Of a DNA stretch of 51,845 nucleotides, positions 35,214-45,943 are shown piece by piece. Source of the stretch: a virus (lineage: Duplodnaviria > Caudoviricetes); IMG/VR virus record IMGVR_UViG_3300035670_000294, positions 1 to 51,845 of that record; one strand, 5' to 3'. The notes under the pieces are model-generated. The model worked only from the letters and a program-made list of their open reading frames with translations. It was not told the origin of the DNA and did no database searches. The first letter of the stretch is position 1. Each line of letters starts with the position of its first letter. Both the position numbers and the translations under genes were made by a program.

Positions 35214-35731
35214 GGTTTAAAATCCTTCCATAGCATACTGCCTTGAATTCCTTGATTGTCTTGATACTTTCCCGATTTATAATTTGTTATTTCACCTTCT
35301 AAGGTGTGAAAGAAGATTTGGCATATTTCAACGTTAGCATAAATCCGTAAAGGTTGCAAGACAGAAATTTCTAAAGTCCAGAATCCCTTGAAACCCACGT
35401 CACCGAATCCTGCCGTTATGTGAACAAACATTCCAAGCCTACCAATGGAAGACCTGCCCTCTATCATCGGTACAAGGTTTCTTGTTTCTGTATGCTCCAA
35501 TGTCCTTCCAAGATAAAGTTTATTAGGGGATAGAATGAGACCGTCTTTAGGAATAAATAACGTCTTAGTTTCATTGTTTGCTTTCATATCCAAGAAATTA
35601 TTTTTATAAACCAATAGCTCGTTATGCAATCTTAGATTATACGAATTAGGATTGATTTGAGATTCAGAATAAGGCGTTATTTTAATGTCACTGCCTAACC
35701 TCTGTTTAATTTCGCTTCCTGTGAGTATCAC
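35210..35731 (-). CDS. dcd: dCTP deaminase
   Basis: INPNSYNLRL, EGRSSIGRLG, HITAGFGDVGFKG, TLEI and KYQDNQG motifs. Confidence 0.93.
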   Translation of the reverse strand: MILTGSEIKQRLGSDIKITPYSESQINPNSYNLRLHNELLVYKNNFLDMKANNETKTLFIPKDGLILSPNKLYLGRTLEHTETRNLVPMIEGRSSIGRLGMFVHITAGFGDVGFKGFWTLEISVLQPLRIYANVEICQIFFHTLEGEITNYKSGKYQDNQGIQGSMLWKDFKP

Positions 35732-35732
35732 G

Positions 35733-35918
35733 TTATATCTCCTCTAAGAAGTCTTTTAATTCGTCTGGAATAGATTTAAATTCATTTTTAGAATTGTCTA
35801 TCTTAACCAATATATAAAGATTCCTAATCCTATCTAAGTACACGAATTTTATTTCAGAGAAATAAACCTTAATCCCTTCTACAATTATAAATTGAGATTT
35901 CACAAATAACCCCCGCAC
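35733..35918 (-). CDS. Hypothetical protein
   Basis: Coupled to dcd by TAA-C-GTG. Confidence 0.55.
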   Translation of the reverse strand: MRGLFVKSQFIIVEGIKVYFSEIKFVYLDRIRNLYILVKIDNSKNEFKSIPDELKDFLEEI

Positions 35919-36625
35919 AAAGTCATATAATACTTTTTTATTTCAAAACTCATGTCCTTATTATAATGAATCGCGTCATTAGGAAGCATATTATCAATAG
36001 ACGCTCTTCCATCTGAATCAATAGTAAAGAGAGGGGCAGGGTCAATATAACAATCGACTAAAGATTTCATGTACTCATTAACCCTGTCTTTATTCCTATT
36101 GGCATAGTCAGCACGTGTGGGGTGTATCCCTATTGCATGTACTTTTACGTTATGCCACTTCGCTCTAATCTGATTCACAAGGTCTTTATTCGTCTTGTTA
36201 ATAACGTCAACCGAAATCGCCCGTAATAGCCCATTCCCGTCGTTTGTCGCAATAAGAACGGTTTCTGGAATTGTCTTGATTATATTCAACTGCTCTATGT
36301 AGTCGCATGACGTGTTGCCCGATATTGCATAACTAAAAGATTCACTACCTAAGAAGCCTTCATAACGTGTCGAAATATCCATCGTTGAATCCCCTACAAT
36401 AATCGTCTTGTAATTCCCTGTCTTGGATACTTTAGAGTAGTATTCATTATTAGAGAATAAAATATTCTGACTGCCGTAATGAGTACGGCAATCATTAGTA
36501 TTAATATTGTAGGCTATGACATATAACGCATTGAGAGCCTTCTTCCTTTCATCCTTTTTCTTGGACTCAGAATCAAAAAGAGTACATTGAATTAGTAGTA
36601 ATAATAAAAAGATTATTCTAAACAC
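35900..36625 (-). CDS. SGNH/GDSL hydrolase-like lipoprotein
   Basis: LLLLLIQC lipobox-like signal; GDS, AISG, DGN and DAIH blocks. Confidence 0.8.
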   Translation of the reverse strand: MFRIIFLLLLLIQCTLFDSESKKKDERKKALNALYVIAYNINTNDCRTHYGSQNILFSNNEYYSKVSKTGNYKTIIVGDSTMDISTRYEGFLGSESFSYAISGNTSCDYIEQLNIIKTIPETVLIATNDGNGLLRAISVDVINKTNKDLVNQIRAKWHNVKVHAIGIHPTRADYANRNKDRVNEYMKSLVDCYIDPAPLFTIDSDGRASIDNMLPNDAIHYNKDMSFEIKKYYMTLCGGYL

Positions 36626-36626
36626 G

Positions 36627-38363
36627 TTATTTAATCCTCATATAAAAAATCGCAGTGACAGTGTCGGGTCTGGTGGTTTTACCGACACGGGGTGTGCCGT
36701 ATTGATTATCTGCTATTATTAATGTGCCAGATTGAGATGCTATTCCAGTCTGCCCATTGTCTGACGTATAAATTGGACTAAACGAAGTTTCAGTCCCGGT
36801 AGTTCCAGTTCGGATATTTATTTTATGCCCTTGAAATTGATTCACCAACCTACTTTGTGCGGTTTCGCCAGCCCCTAAAAACGTTGGTTGAGGTGACTCG
36901 ACCCCCGTAGTGTTTTCGGTCGAGTTTATTAATTCTATTGTACTGGTTTTGAGAGGGGAGTAATACTCAGTAATAGTCGCAGTATAAAATTTTGTCTCGT
37001 TGGTTGTCGCGTTTGTCTGGCTACCTAATTTATTTTCGTTGTACTCTGTCGCGTCTGTTAAATCCTTAGTAAGTCTTACAAATCTATAGGGATATTTAGA
37101 GATGATAGTTTGCTCAGAGTCAAACCACTGCGGGAATGGTTGACCTAATGGGATTGAATCCACTTCTAAAACTTCCTTCCAATCTCTCTCCTTGCCCGAT
37201 TTGAAACTAATAACAGTGTCCATTATAGACCCAGCCGCTTTTGTTTTAAAGCTTCCAATCACCCGATAATTAGTCAAACCTGAGATTGTCAGATAATAGC
37301 CATTCTTAGACGCGTTATACGCTGCTATGCCTGCCGACCATCCATTATCGCCATACATCGGATTGTACTTAATAACCTCTGAATCTGTTGTCACTGCCGC
37401 CGCCGTTCCAGTTGACCCGTGGTTAGTTTTAATTCTCTCATAGACTGCCCATGTACCGCTTGCCCCGCCTGTGATTGTAGCAACAGATTCAAATTCATAA
37501 GTAGATGTAAAATTCCCACCTGTAATTTTGAATACACCATTAACTCCGTTGTTTCCTGTGATTACAAGAATTTTATTATTATGATTTCCTACAGTACCCG
37601 AAGCCACTGTCAGTGTCTTTGTAGTTCCAGACCCCGTGATAGAAGTTATTGTGCCGGTCGCTCCCGATACAGCACCCTCTCCGTATAACGTGTAGTAAGC
37701 CTCTCCATCGGGGTTGACTACAATAAGATATTGATTGTACGCGTCAAGTGCTTCTCTACCATTTAAAAGAGAATCCGACAAAGCAAGTGTCGTGTCGCTA
37801 TCCACTTGGATATTTTTATAAGACACGTTATACACACCAGCAAGGACAGTAGGGGGAAGTGACGTGGTATTAAATGACAACCCGCCAGAAATCATGCCTA
37901 AAGAACCCGATTCAAATGAGTCAAGTCTCTCAGCTAAAAATTGTCTTCTTTTAAAAGCCTCTGCACTTCCTATGTCTGAGTTAAATGCGACTTGGAGAGT
38001 GAGTGACGTGTCACTTGAAATATTTGTGACTTCTCTATACTCATTAGCTGTCGCGGATATAAAATCCCCGATAGACAATTCGCTTGTAAAAGCCGTTCCA
38101 GACCCTGTGACTGTAACCCCACTTGATGTTATTGTACCAGTCAAAGTCACGTCATCTCCTGTAAAATACTTTGCCCCGTGTCTTCTTGACGCTTCGCCTA
38201 TCATCTTTGATAGACCGTAAATATTTCTATAAATCTTTAGAAGTGATTGAGTGTTTATATCCACTTCCATAATGTCACCAGCACCATTTAGATTGTCCGA
38301 AATCGGGAAACTATCTTGTATAAACTCGCTTAACTGAGCTGCCGTTCTTGATATTACTGCCAT
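36627..38363 (-). CDS. Tail fibre / receptor-binding protein
   Basis: G/T/S-rich; C-terminal IPLG...QFQGH...GTPRVGKTTRP collar-type motif; follows the baseplate. Confidence 0.8.
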   Translation of the reverse strand: MAVISRTAAQLSEFIQDSFPISDNLNGAGDIMEVDINTQSLLKIYRNIYGLSKMIGEASRRHGAKYFTGDDVTLTGTITSSGVTVTGSGTAFTSELSIGDFISATANEYREVTNISSDTSLTLQVAFNSDIGSAEAFKRRQFLAERLDSFESGSLGMISGGLSFNTTSLPPTVLAGVYNVSYKNIQVDSDTTLALSDSLLNGREALDAYNQYLIVVNPDGEAYYTLYGEGAVSGATGTITSITGSGTTKTLTVASGTVGNHNNKILVITGNNGVNGVFKITGGNFTSTYEFESVATITGGASGTWAVYERIKTNHGSTGTAAAVTTDSEVIKYNPMYGDNGWSAGIAAYNASKNGYYLTISGLTNYRVIGSFKTKAAGSIMDTVISFKSGKERDWKEVLEVDSIPLGQPFPQWFDSEQTIISKYPYRFVRLTKDLTDATEYNENKLGSQTNATTNETKFYTATITEYYSPLKTSTIELINSTENTTGVESPQPTFLGAGETAQSRLVNQFQGHKINIRTGTTGTETSFSPIYTSDNGQTGIASQSGTLIIADNQYGTPRVGKTTRPDTVTAIFYMRIK

Positions 38364-38381
38364 TATTAATGTACTCCTTTT

Positions 38382-39047
38382 CTATGTACTAAAAAAATAT
38401 ATTACTTTAAAATTGTTTACACTTGGATAAGCCACTTCTAATAAATAAGCCGATTCCAGAGGGCTTTCTTGCAATACAAAAGGGGTTGGCTCAAACTGCT
38501 CTGCCAATCCCAAATAGATATTATAATAAACAGGAATCAAAGGTTGTAAATAAGTGACAATCCTTTCCAACTGCTCATGAGTAGGCTCGACATTTAAATC
38601 AATATAAATGGCACCCTTTGGAATCTGCTCGTCTTTGGTAGGGTCATAAATATTGTACTCTAAAGTCGCGTTAGTCTGAATCGTTGACGACTCAATCCTG
38701 AATGCCCCCAAGAAGATATTTCCTTTATAGACACTACTATCCCCACCTAGTACATTATCTATAAAAGGCTTGTAAATATCTACAAAGACTGGCAAATTCT
38801 TATGAGTATAGAAGGCAGTCTGAACCTTGGCGACTTTATCCCTGTCAGTGTCGCCAATTGAGATATATGCTCCAACATTCTCTCCAAGCATATCTATTGA
38901 TTGAGTTCTTTCGGGAGTGTATGAATAACGCAAGTCTTTAATTTTGTTTAGGAAGAAATTATAATTATCGTATAGTTTATTTTTAAGATTTGTCCATGTA
39001 CCACCATAATCACTAAAGACTTGAGGGAGCCAACCTGAATTTATCAT
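38382..39047 (-). CDS. Baseplate wedge subunit (P2 gpI-like position)
   Basis: Lies between baseplate J and the fibre. Confidence 0.6.
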   Translation of the reverse strand: MINSGWLPQVFSDYGGTWTNLKNKLYDNYNFFLNKIKDLRYSYTPERTQSIDMLGENVGAYISIGDTDRDKVAKVQTAFYTHKNLPVFVDIYKPFIDNVLGGDSSVYKGNIFLGAFRIESSTIQTNATLEYNIYDPTKDEQIPKGAIYIDLNVEPTHEQLERIVTYLQPLIPVYYNIYLGLAEQFEPTPFVLQESPLESAYLLEVAYPSVNNFKVIYFFST

Positions 39048-40567
39048 GACGTTATCTCCTCTACTAAGATTGATGTTATTGATGAAATGTAACCGTTATC
39101 CATAGACACGTCTGAAGACGGGGTTAATATTTTTATATAGTCAATTCCATCAACGAAATTGATAGCTGAGTCAATGTCATAAGGTACACGAATCCATTCA
39201 TTAAAATTAATGAATGGGATAGAATCAAGAAGTTTAATAACCTGTGAAACGTCAGTCGTTTTATTTAGGTTTGTAGTCAATAGACTATAGGAATTAATTT
39301 GGTCTATCGCGTCATTCACTCCTAAAGAGTCATACGTATTTTGAATGTCGAAACCTAACTCATGAAATCTAAGTATAATAGCAGTCTGAATATACTTTTG
39401 GACATCTGAAAACGTGTACCCTTCAAAAACTTTTACTCTAATTCGATAAGTGACTGGTTGATAGTTTGGGTCGTTGACAGTCACTTCCACACTTTCAAGG
39501 GGTGAGCGAGCCTCTAAGTAATCTTTCACATCCTCTTTTAATTGTACTGTCGGACTTCCTCCTCCGCTTGGAATAATCCACACGTTGGCACCTAACAAAC
39601 CATTCTTTTCAACCTGAGCAAACAACACCCCGTCAACTTCTTTTGCCAGTGCTTCTCCTGTACTTTTATTGATAAAATAACCTGTGTTTCTAGCTGCGAC
39701 AATAGCGTTATTTTTAGCTTCCGATATTTTCTCCGCGTCCCTTCCTCCGGTGGCGTTTGACGGGTTAGTACACGTTGTAAAATATTGGTCTGTCCCGATA
39801 TAGTCTGTAATAGTGCCTGCTCCGACATTTGTATTAGAGCCTCCCCCCACGAGATAGGAAGCATAGACAGTTTGATTCGCCGTTGGAATAAACCCGAATT
39901 GTGTACCAACGTTATTTGCTCCACCTAAGACGATATATGAAGACCCGTCACTTCTGAAATATAACCTAAAGACTTTATCTGTTGCAAGGGAGTTTGAAAA
40001 ATTATTTACCCTTGTATATGTATCCGCACCTATTAACAAAGTAAATTCATCTTTTAGTACATCAACATCGGGCATTTCCAACTGTTGGAAGTTTGACCCG
40101 TCTGTCTGTCCTATATTGATTGAATCCTTTGTAGTCTGTTGATAAACTGTAATTGAAGTCTGAGTAGTGGACTGACTAAAAGTCACGTCATCCCTCGCCT
40201 CAAACCGTAAAGGCTCGCTTCCTGTGATTTCGGTTTGAAATATCAAATCATCTTTATTGATTGTGTAGTCATTGGAAGAAGTAGCAGCCGCGTCAACGTT
40301 AATTGTTAGGATTGTAGATGACGTTGATTTCCAGTCTAATTGATAATCAATTAGAGAAAGCACATCTTGCAAGATAGTCCTGTCATAAGCCGTTCTAATA
40401 AATAACGTGTTATAAATTGCATTGAGTACATTTGACAATACGTCAAACATTCCCGCCAGCATATATTTCCACCAAGGCGGGCTTTCCCTCAATTCTGAAT
40501 CTGAATCTATGTCATTGACGATAGAAATAAAATCTCTGTTGCTATAATTAAAAGGGGTTCTTTTCAT
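39044..40567 (-). CDS. Baseplate J / wedge protein
   Basis: NYSNRDF, YLVGGGSNTNV and NATGGRDAE motifs. Confidence 0.88.
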   Translation of the reverse strand: MKRTPFNYSNRDFISIVNDIDSDSELRESPPWWKYMLAGMFDVLSNVLNAIYNTLFIRTAYDRTILQDVLSLIDYQLDWKSTSSTILTINVDAAATSSNDYTINKDDLIFQTEITGSEPLRFEARDDVTFSQSTTQTSITVYQQTTKDSINIGQTDGSNFQQLEMPDVDVLKDEFTLLIGADTYTRVNNFSNSLATDKVFRLYFRSDGSSYIVLGGANNVGTQFGFIPTANQTVYASYLVGGGSNTNVGAGTITDYIGTDQYFTTCTNPSNATGGRDAEKISEAKNNAIVAARNTGYFINKSTGEALAKEVDGVLFAQVEKNGLLGANVWIIPSGGGSPTVQLKEDVKDYLEARSPLESVEVTVNDPNYQPVTYRIRVKVFEGYTFSDVQKYIQTAIILRFHELGFDIQNTYDSLGVNDAIDQINSYSLLTTNLNKTTDVSQVIKLLDSIPFINFNEWIRVPYDIDSAINFVDGIDYIKILTPSSDVSMDNGYISSITSILVEEITS

Positions 40568-40579
40568 TTTCTTGTACCT

Positions 40580-40960
40580 TTATATCTGAGCCTTTAGTAA
40601 TGATTTGTCTTTAAGTCTGAAATAATCAAATGTCAAGTCAATTTCTCCGTTATCCCTGCCGTCATCCGAAATCTCTATAGAATCGAATGGCACGGCTACC
40701 CTCTTGTCGTAAATTGAATTTGTGTCGTTATTGTACCTTCCTACACTTTCAATAAGAGATGTTCCGATTTGTACTAATAACAAAAGGGATATTCCCTGAG
40801 ATTCCATCTTAGAATATGCTGTCCCGTATCTTCGATTATAAGGTAAATCTCCTTGTACTTGTAATACTGCATGCTTGACGTTTTGGTCAATCGATTTATT
40901 AACCCCCTTGGAAGTAATATCCATGAAAGTCTCAAAACTAAAAGAATCTTCAAAACTCAT
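40580..40960 (-). CDS. gp25/GPW-like baseplate protein
   Basis: GDLPYNRRYG motif upstream of baseplate J. Confidence 0.7.
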   Translation of the reverse strand: MSFEDSFSFETFMDITSKGVNKSIDQNVKHAVLQVQGDLPYNRRYGTAYSKMESQGISLLLLVQIGTSLIESVGRYNNDTNSIYDKRVAVPFDSIEISDDGRDNGEIDLTFDYFRLKDKSLLKAQI

Positions 40961-41178
40961 ACTAAAGTACCTCCGTTTGAATTCGTTGAAACAACGGGAG
41001 CCCCTAAATTCCCTGTACCGGAAGATGTGAGAGATGACGCTTGTAAGCTAAATGTCTTGACCCACTTTTCCATTAGGTCAGCGAAATCTTGAGCCTTGGA
41101 AGAGGGAGTTGACGTGTTAGCAGTGTCATTAAAAAACGTTGTCAAATCTGAAATTAAAGTAGCTTTATCATTTGGCAT
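40957..41178 (-). CDS. Small baseplate-region protein (possible spike tip)
   Basis: Lies between the spike and gp25-like genes. Confidence 0.45.
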   Translation of the reverse strand: MPNDKATLISDLTTFFNDTANTSTPSSKAQDFADLMEKWVKTFSLQASSLTSSGTGNLGAPVVSTNSNGGTLV

Positions 41179-41195
41179 ATATTTATAAATCCTTT

Positions 41196-41810
41196 TTAAT
41201 TGTTTAGTAATTTTTCTGATAGTATTTCATCAATATTATTTTCTATATTATCAAGTGCCGTTTTATTCGCGGGAATATCGTTGACAGTTCCACTAGGACC
41301 CGTTGACGTCATGACAGTAATATTCCTAATAGCACTTATCAAGTCTTTAAGTTTATCCCTCAAAGTTTCACCTAATAAACTTTTCTCTGGGGTTGTACTA
41401 CCTTTCTTGATTGTCAACGTGTCGTCATTGTCATCATCGATTATATAAGTGTCCGTGTCGTCGTTACCATAGGGGATGTACTTTTTTTCACCATGCTCTG
41501 AGACAATTTCTTTTTGAATATCCTGAGCAAAATAACGCCAGTCATTAGACTCCCTTTGGAAGATTAAAACCTGCTGGTCTTTAATAGCAGGCAAGAATGA
41601 ATAATTGAAGACGGGTTGACAGACCATCCAATTCTCTGAGTCGTCTTCTTCATTTAACCCCTGCAATTCAGGACAGTAGCATTCAATAACCCCCGCGTCA
41701 TCTACCACCTTCTTTACAATAGCTGCAAAGACAGAGTAGTCAATTAATTTACGATTTATTACTTGCTCTATGACCGTGATAAAATCATCTTCAAAATATT
41801 GACTGCCCAT
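41196..41810 (-). CDS. Baseplate spike (gpV / gp45-like)
   Basis: OB-like N-terminus; LLGETL...TSTGPSG C-terminus. Confidence 0.7.
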   Translation of the reverse strand: MGSQYFEDDFITVIEQVINRKLIDYSVFAAIVKKVVDDAGVIECYCPELQGLNEEDDSENWMVCQPVFNYSFLPAIKDQQVLIFQRESNDWRYFAQDIQKEIVSEHGEKKYIPYGNDDTDTYIIDDDNDDTLTIKKGSTTPEKSLLGETLRDKLKDLISAIRNITVMTSTGPSGTVNDIPANKTALDNIENNIDEILSEKLLNN

Positions 41811-41813
41811 GTA

Positions 41814-43184
41814 CTAAACCTTCTTTCCATAAAATTGTGCAATCTCGACATCCATTGTATAACCCCCAGAACCAGTGATATTATGCTCTAATGAAGTCAC
41901 TTGATAAACCTTTGACCATTTACCGTCTGAGTTTTCCCTTGACCTAAATATATCCGGGACAGGGTGATTCTTAGGGGCGTTTTGATAAGCAGGACAAAAT
42001 AACGCTTTATCTCCGATTTGGTACAATGGATTAGGAAGACATTTAATTTTAATTATATAGCCAGAGCCTTCCGGGGCTGTTGCCTGCGGTCTAGCTATAA
42101 AATATTTGTCCAATAAAAGAGGTGTTAAATCTTCTTTTAGTACAATGTCTTGCACTATTGCCAAAGCGTTTTTATTACTTCCCGATTCTTTCAATTCCTT
42201 TTTAACTGCCTTCTCATTCAATTCGTACACAATGACGGTTTCCTGCTCCGCGGGTTGGACGACAAGATTCATCTTTCCATCGGGACCAACTACCAACGTA
42301 CCATTAGAGCCTGCTGGGACAGAATTATTCATGTCCATGTCGGCAGAAATAACGTTAGCGTTAATCGTCATGAAATTGAACTTTATAAAATCACCTTTTA
42401 TCCCCCTAACATCTGTTTGTTGTACTGTGACACTTGACGCGTCATCTAATATATATACGTGAGAGAATGGCACACCATCTTTTTTATAAGTGTTATAATA
42501 GAATCTAAGATTGTTTTCATTACAATAAGTCTCAATAACTTCTATAGGGGATTTATTAGTTATTGTCAAAGGTTTATAAAACTTTGATTTCCCTGAGGAG
42601 TCAAAGTATTTTTCCGGGTCCGGCTTTTTAAAATCAATGTCTACCTTATCTGCTTGTAAATAGTCTGTGGCAATCCTTGTTAGTACATCTTTCAACTTTC
42701 CATTTTTGAAAGTCTTTGTAAATTTGTTTCCGGAGGAAGCTCTTCCAGACCGACATTGAATAGTTATGATTGCTCTTCCATCGGAAATAGTACATTGTCT
42801 TTGTTGGACATAGAAAATACACTGTCTGAAATAATCATCACTTGATAAATCATCTTTATCTTTTTTTGCGTATGGATAAGGTTTATTGATAAGACCCCAT
42901 TCAAGGTCAATGAGTACAAGGGATTGCATTAGTACACTAAACGCCCCGTGGTTGTCACTAAAAGAAAGTGTCAACGTTGGCACTTGAAATATTGCTTCCT
43001 TGACTGAGATAGAAACTAAACTACTTCTTATCAATCTCGCTTGTTTGGGGTCATCCGTTGAAAACATTGGAATCTCCCTTTTTTTTTCTGGGTCTTTCTC
43101 ATTGACATAGGCATTCTGCTGGGACTTGTTTTTAAAAATCCTTAGCTTATAATATGCTTGGTACAAGTCTTTATTGTTACTCAT
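41814..43184 (-). CDS. Baseplate hub (gpD-like)
   Basis: Position and C-terminal YQVTSLEHNITGSGGYTM. Confidence 0.7.
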   Translation of the reverse strand: MSNNKDLYQAYYKLRIFKNKSQQNAYVNEKDPEKKREIPMFSTDDPKQARLIRSSLVSISVKEAIFQVPTLTLSFSDNHGAFSVLMQSLVLIDLEWGLINKPYPYAKKDKDDLSSDDYFRQCIFYVQQRQCTISDGRAIITIQCRSGRASSGNKFTKTFKNGKLKDVLTRIATDYLQADKVDIDFKKPDPEKYFDSSGKSKFYKPLTITNKSPIEVIETYCNENNLRFYYNTYKKDGVPFSHVYILDDASSVTVQQTDVRGIKGDFIKFNFMTINANVISADMDMNNSVPAGSNGTLVVGPDGKMNLVVQPAEQETVIVYELNEKAVKKELKESGSNKNALAIVQDIVLKEDLTPLLLDKYFIARPQATAPEGSGYIIKIKCLPNPLYQIGDKALFCPAYQNAPKNHPVPDIFRSRENSDGKWSKVYQVTSLEHNITGSGGYTMDVEIAQFYGKKV

Positions 43185-43438
43185 GGAATATAAACCTTAC
43201 CTAATTTTTCCAAGTCAAAATTGTACTCGCATAGTTCCGTAAGATTATTATTCATGAGTCTAAAGGTTTCTAATTCACTTCCTAAGTATTTCAAGGCTAT
43301 TGTATCAATATCATTCCCCTCTGTTGCTACCTCTGTTTTTCTATTAGTAGTCGATGGCAAATAACGCAACCTAACTTTTGTGGACACGTTATTTTTGTTT
43401 ATAAACTCTATAGGTGTAACTCTATTCCATTCAAACAC
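43181..43438 (-). CDS. Tail X / LysM-like protein
   Basis: EGNDIDTIALKYLG...N...GKVYIP. Confidence 0.7.
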   Translation of the reverse strand: MFEWNRVTPIEFINKNNVSTKVRLRYLPSTTNRKTEVATEGNDIDTIALKYLGSELETFRLMNNNLTELCEYNFDLEKLGKVYIP

Positions 43439-43457
43439 GTTATTTCTCCTTTACCTG

Positions 43458-44051
43458 TTAATAAGGTTTTCCCTTCAATAAAATTTGTGTACCACTCTGA
43501 GCCATTCCACCATAATTTTGAACTGTTCTTAAAGCCAAATAGTTATTAAATAAGTCTGAATTCTCTATTAATTCAAGTTCTAAATCCACGGTTGTAAAGC
43601 TTGAATAGCCCGTCTTCTTTTGTGTTTGGTCTGACCTATGCTCAAAGTCACATTTCCTAACAAGGTATTTAAGAGGTGGCGTAAACAATCCCCAAGAATA
43701 AATGACTTCACTGGGGGGATTTAGTACAATGTCACTTGAATCAAAAATATTAATGTCAGTGTTATTATTCCTGAGGGTTTCAAACTGTTGTAATATATTA
43801 CTATTCCCTAATTGTGTACGTCTATCAATTATAACTATCTGAAAAGAGATTTTACGCCCTCCATTTCTCGAAGGATACAAGGGAGTATAGTTAAGCCCGG
43901 GCGGCTCTGCCTCCGCGTAAACAATCTGTTTTCTATCACTAATATTTGTGGGGATAGTGGGTGACGTTATAAGCGTCTTAGTGTCTACAATATACATGTA
44001 CCAAGGTAGAGCCTTATTCCTGAGCTTAACGCGTTTTAAACTGAATTTCAT
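43458..44051 (-). CDS. Tail tube initiator-like protein
   Basis: Follows the tape measure; PPSEVIYSWG motif. Confidence 0.6.
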   Translation of the reverse strand: MKFSLKRVKLRNKALPWYMYIVDTKTLITSPTIPTNISDRKQIVYAEAEPPGLNYTPLYPSRNGGRKISFQIVIIDRRTQLGNSNILQQFETLRNNNTDINIFDSSDIVLNPPSEVIYSWGLFTPPLKYLVRKCDFEHRSDQTQKKTGYSSFTTVDLELELIENSDLFNNYLALRTVQNYGGMAQSGTQILLKGKPY

Positions 44052-44052
44052 T

Positions 44053-45864
44053 TTAGTAAATCCCCTTTGCAAAAGCACTATCATTAAATTTCTTTCTCAT
44101 GGAATCATCTTTTTCAATTCGCTTTGTAACTTCGTCGGCTATGGCTTTCGGGTCTTCTCCCTGAATGTTAAACGTTATTTTTTTATTATCTTCAAATTTA
44201 TTATCTGTCTTCCCACTGCCACCGCTTAACAATTCTGGCTTTACTCTAGCGTTATTTTCCTGTGAAAGCACAGTCTTATTAGTCTGAGTTTCTTTGGATT
44301 CGTTTTTGACTGTGATTTTTTTATTATCACTGCCCCCGAAAATCTTAGAGAATAATTCACCTATTTTTCCAAAATCGGGTAATAGGGATTTAATTCTTTC
44401 CCAAATGGAATTGAAAATATTTAGTACATTATTTTTGAAATTCTGGAATCCTTGACTAACTGAATTAATTGCATTGACAAACCCCGCTTTAATGTTTGCA
44501 AAGAAATTAGATACTTTATTGTACATTGTATTAAAGGCATTTGATAAGCTTGTCTTGATTGATTCCCAAATAGATGACGCTTTGGCACCTAACATATTAA
44601 AATAATTCTTTATGACTTCTATGCCATCGGTAAACGCCTTTTTAACCGTGTCCCAGTTTTGGTACAATTTAACAAGGGCATATACAACACCTAAGACAGC
44701 TAAGGCTATCCATGTAAGAGGGTTTGCAAGTAATGCAACAGTAAAAGCTATTACGGATGACGTGGCTGCTACCACTGCCGATATAAAAGCCCCTATTAAA
44801 ACCTTACCTAAAAATAAAGCCCCTGTAATTGCCACAGCTATTAATAAGTCCTTGGATTCTTTTAGTATATCTATGAAGGAATTTATAACGCTTAACACTG
44901 CTTTTATTGACTTCATTATTCCAGATGAAATAGCATATCCGATTTGGTACATGACATTTTTGACCGTCTCACCCTCAGACGATAACGCTTTGAAAGGCTC
45001 TAATATTGAGTTAAGAAGTTTCTCGAATTCGTCTAGTACGGGAAATAAATTTTCGCTAAACCCTTTCAAAAAGCCACTTATGAAGGGTTTTATGGCATTC
45101 GTATAAACCCAGTTAAATGTCGCGGCTATTCCCATAAGAATAGGCTCTAAAAGCATGGCTAAAAATGTCACCACGAAAGCAATCTTGAGGGTAGCTAAAT
45201 TTAGTACATCCATGAAGCTTTTGAATGCGTTCTTAGTTGACCCGAAAACGGTTTGGAATACTGAGTCAAAAACTTTCTTGACGGTTTCAAAAACTGTTTT
45301 AATTGTCTGGACTACCAATTTAAACACGTTAGCAATCACCTGCCCTAACTGGACAAAAGTTGTACGGTTCTTTTTAACCCATGCCATAATCTCGTATAGT
45401 ACAGGAAGAAGAGCTTGGTTAAGAGGATAGAATAAATTATTCATTATGATATTTTTGGAATTTTCCAAAACTTGACCGACTGCCGGGACAGCACTCATTG
45501 ACGCGGAGAATCCACTGGCGGCGACCTTGGCTAGAAGTAACGCTTTTGTCATAGCCATTACTCCGACGGGTTTTAGATTCTCTATTTGTTTTCCCATAAC
45601 GGATAACGCACCCGTCAAATCAATTGACGCGTCCTTTGTCTTCTTGGAAGTCTCTTTGAAGTTTGAATAGGCTTGGCTTACCTTTTCTTTGAGATTGACA
45701 AAAGCTTTGTTTGCCAGTGTACCAATTACCTTTGTGACGTTATTCGCACTCTGAGAAAGCTTCTTTTCCTCTTTCTCTATGCCTACAAAAGCTTTATTGA
45801 GATTGTTTGAATTATTAATTGCCTTGTCAGTGAGAAAGGCGTATTCTATGCCAACGGTTTCCAT
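44053..45864 (-). CDS. Tape measure protein
   Basis: 603 aa, helical; ANPLTWI..LYQNWDTV and periodic W/F repeats. Confidence 0.9.
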   Translation of the reverse strand: METVGIEYAFLTDKAINNSNNLNKAFVGIEKEEKKLSQSANNVTKVIGTLANKAFVNLKEKVSQAYSNFKETSKKTKDASIDLTGALSVMGKQIENLKPVGVMAMTKALLLAKVAASGFSASMSAVPAVGQVLENSKNIIMNNLFYPLNQALLPVLYEIMAWVKKNRTTFVQLGQVIANVFKLVVQTIKTVFETVKKVFDSVFQTVFGSTKNAFKSFMDVLNLATLKIAFVVTFLAMLLEPILMGIAATFNWVYTNAIKPFISGFLKGFSENLFPVLDEFEKLLNSILEPFKALSSEGETVKNVMYQIGYAISSGIMKSIKAVLSVINSFIDILKESKDLLIAVAITGALFLGKVLIGAFISAVVAATSSVIAFTVALLANPLTWIALAVLGVVYALVKLYQNWDTVKKAFTDGIEVIKNYFNMLGAKASSIWESIKTSLSNAFNTMYNKVSNFFANIKAGFVNAINSVSQGFQNFKNNVLNIFNSIWERIKSLLPDFGKIGELFSKIFGGSDNKKITVKNESKETQTNKTVLSQENNARVKPELLSGGSGKTDNKFEDNKKITFNIQGEDPKAIADEVTKRIEKDDSMRKKFNDSAFAKGIY

Positions 45865-45896
45865 AAAAAAATATATTGCATAGAATCATTAATTTG

Positions 45897-45924
45897 TAAA
45901 GCTATTTTATTAGTAGACCGATTA
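45897..45924 (+). promoter_or_regulatory. Sigma28-like promoter TAAA-N16-ACCGATTA for the plus-strand operon
   Basis: 20 bp upstream of ATG 45944; back-to-back with the tape measure promoter. Confidence 0.55.
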
Positions 45925-45943
45925 TTAGTACAAGGATTTTAAA

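Noticed and set aside
36627-38363. Diversity-generating retroelement or shufflon acting on the fibre
   Set aside because: No reverse transcriptase, invertase or second copy of the fibre 3' end was seen.
44612-45430. Plus-strand ORFs inside minus-strand genes (also 958, 9407, 10621, 20215, 22151, 37864, 42106 and others)
   Set aside because: Antisense shadows of well-supported genes, with no SD or recognisable motifs.
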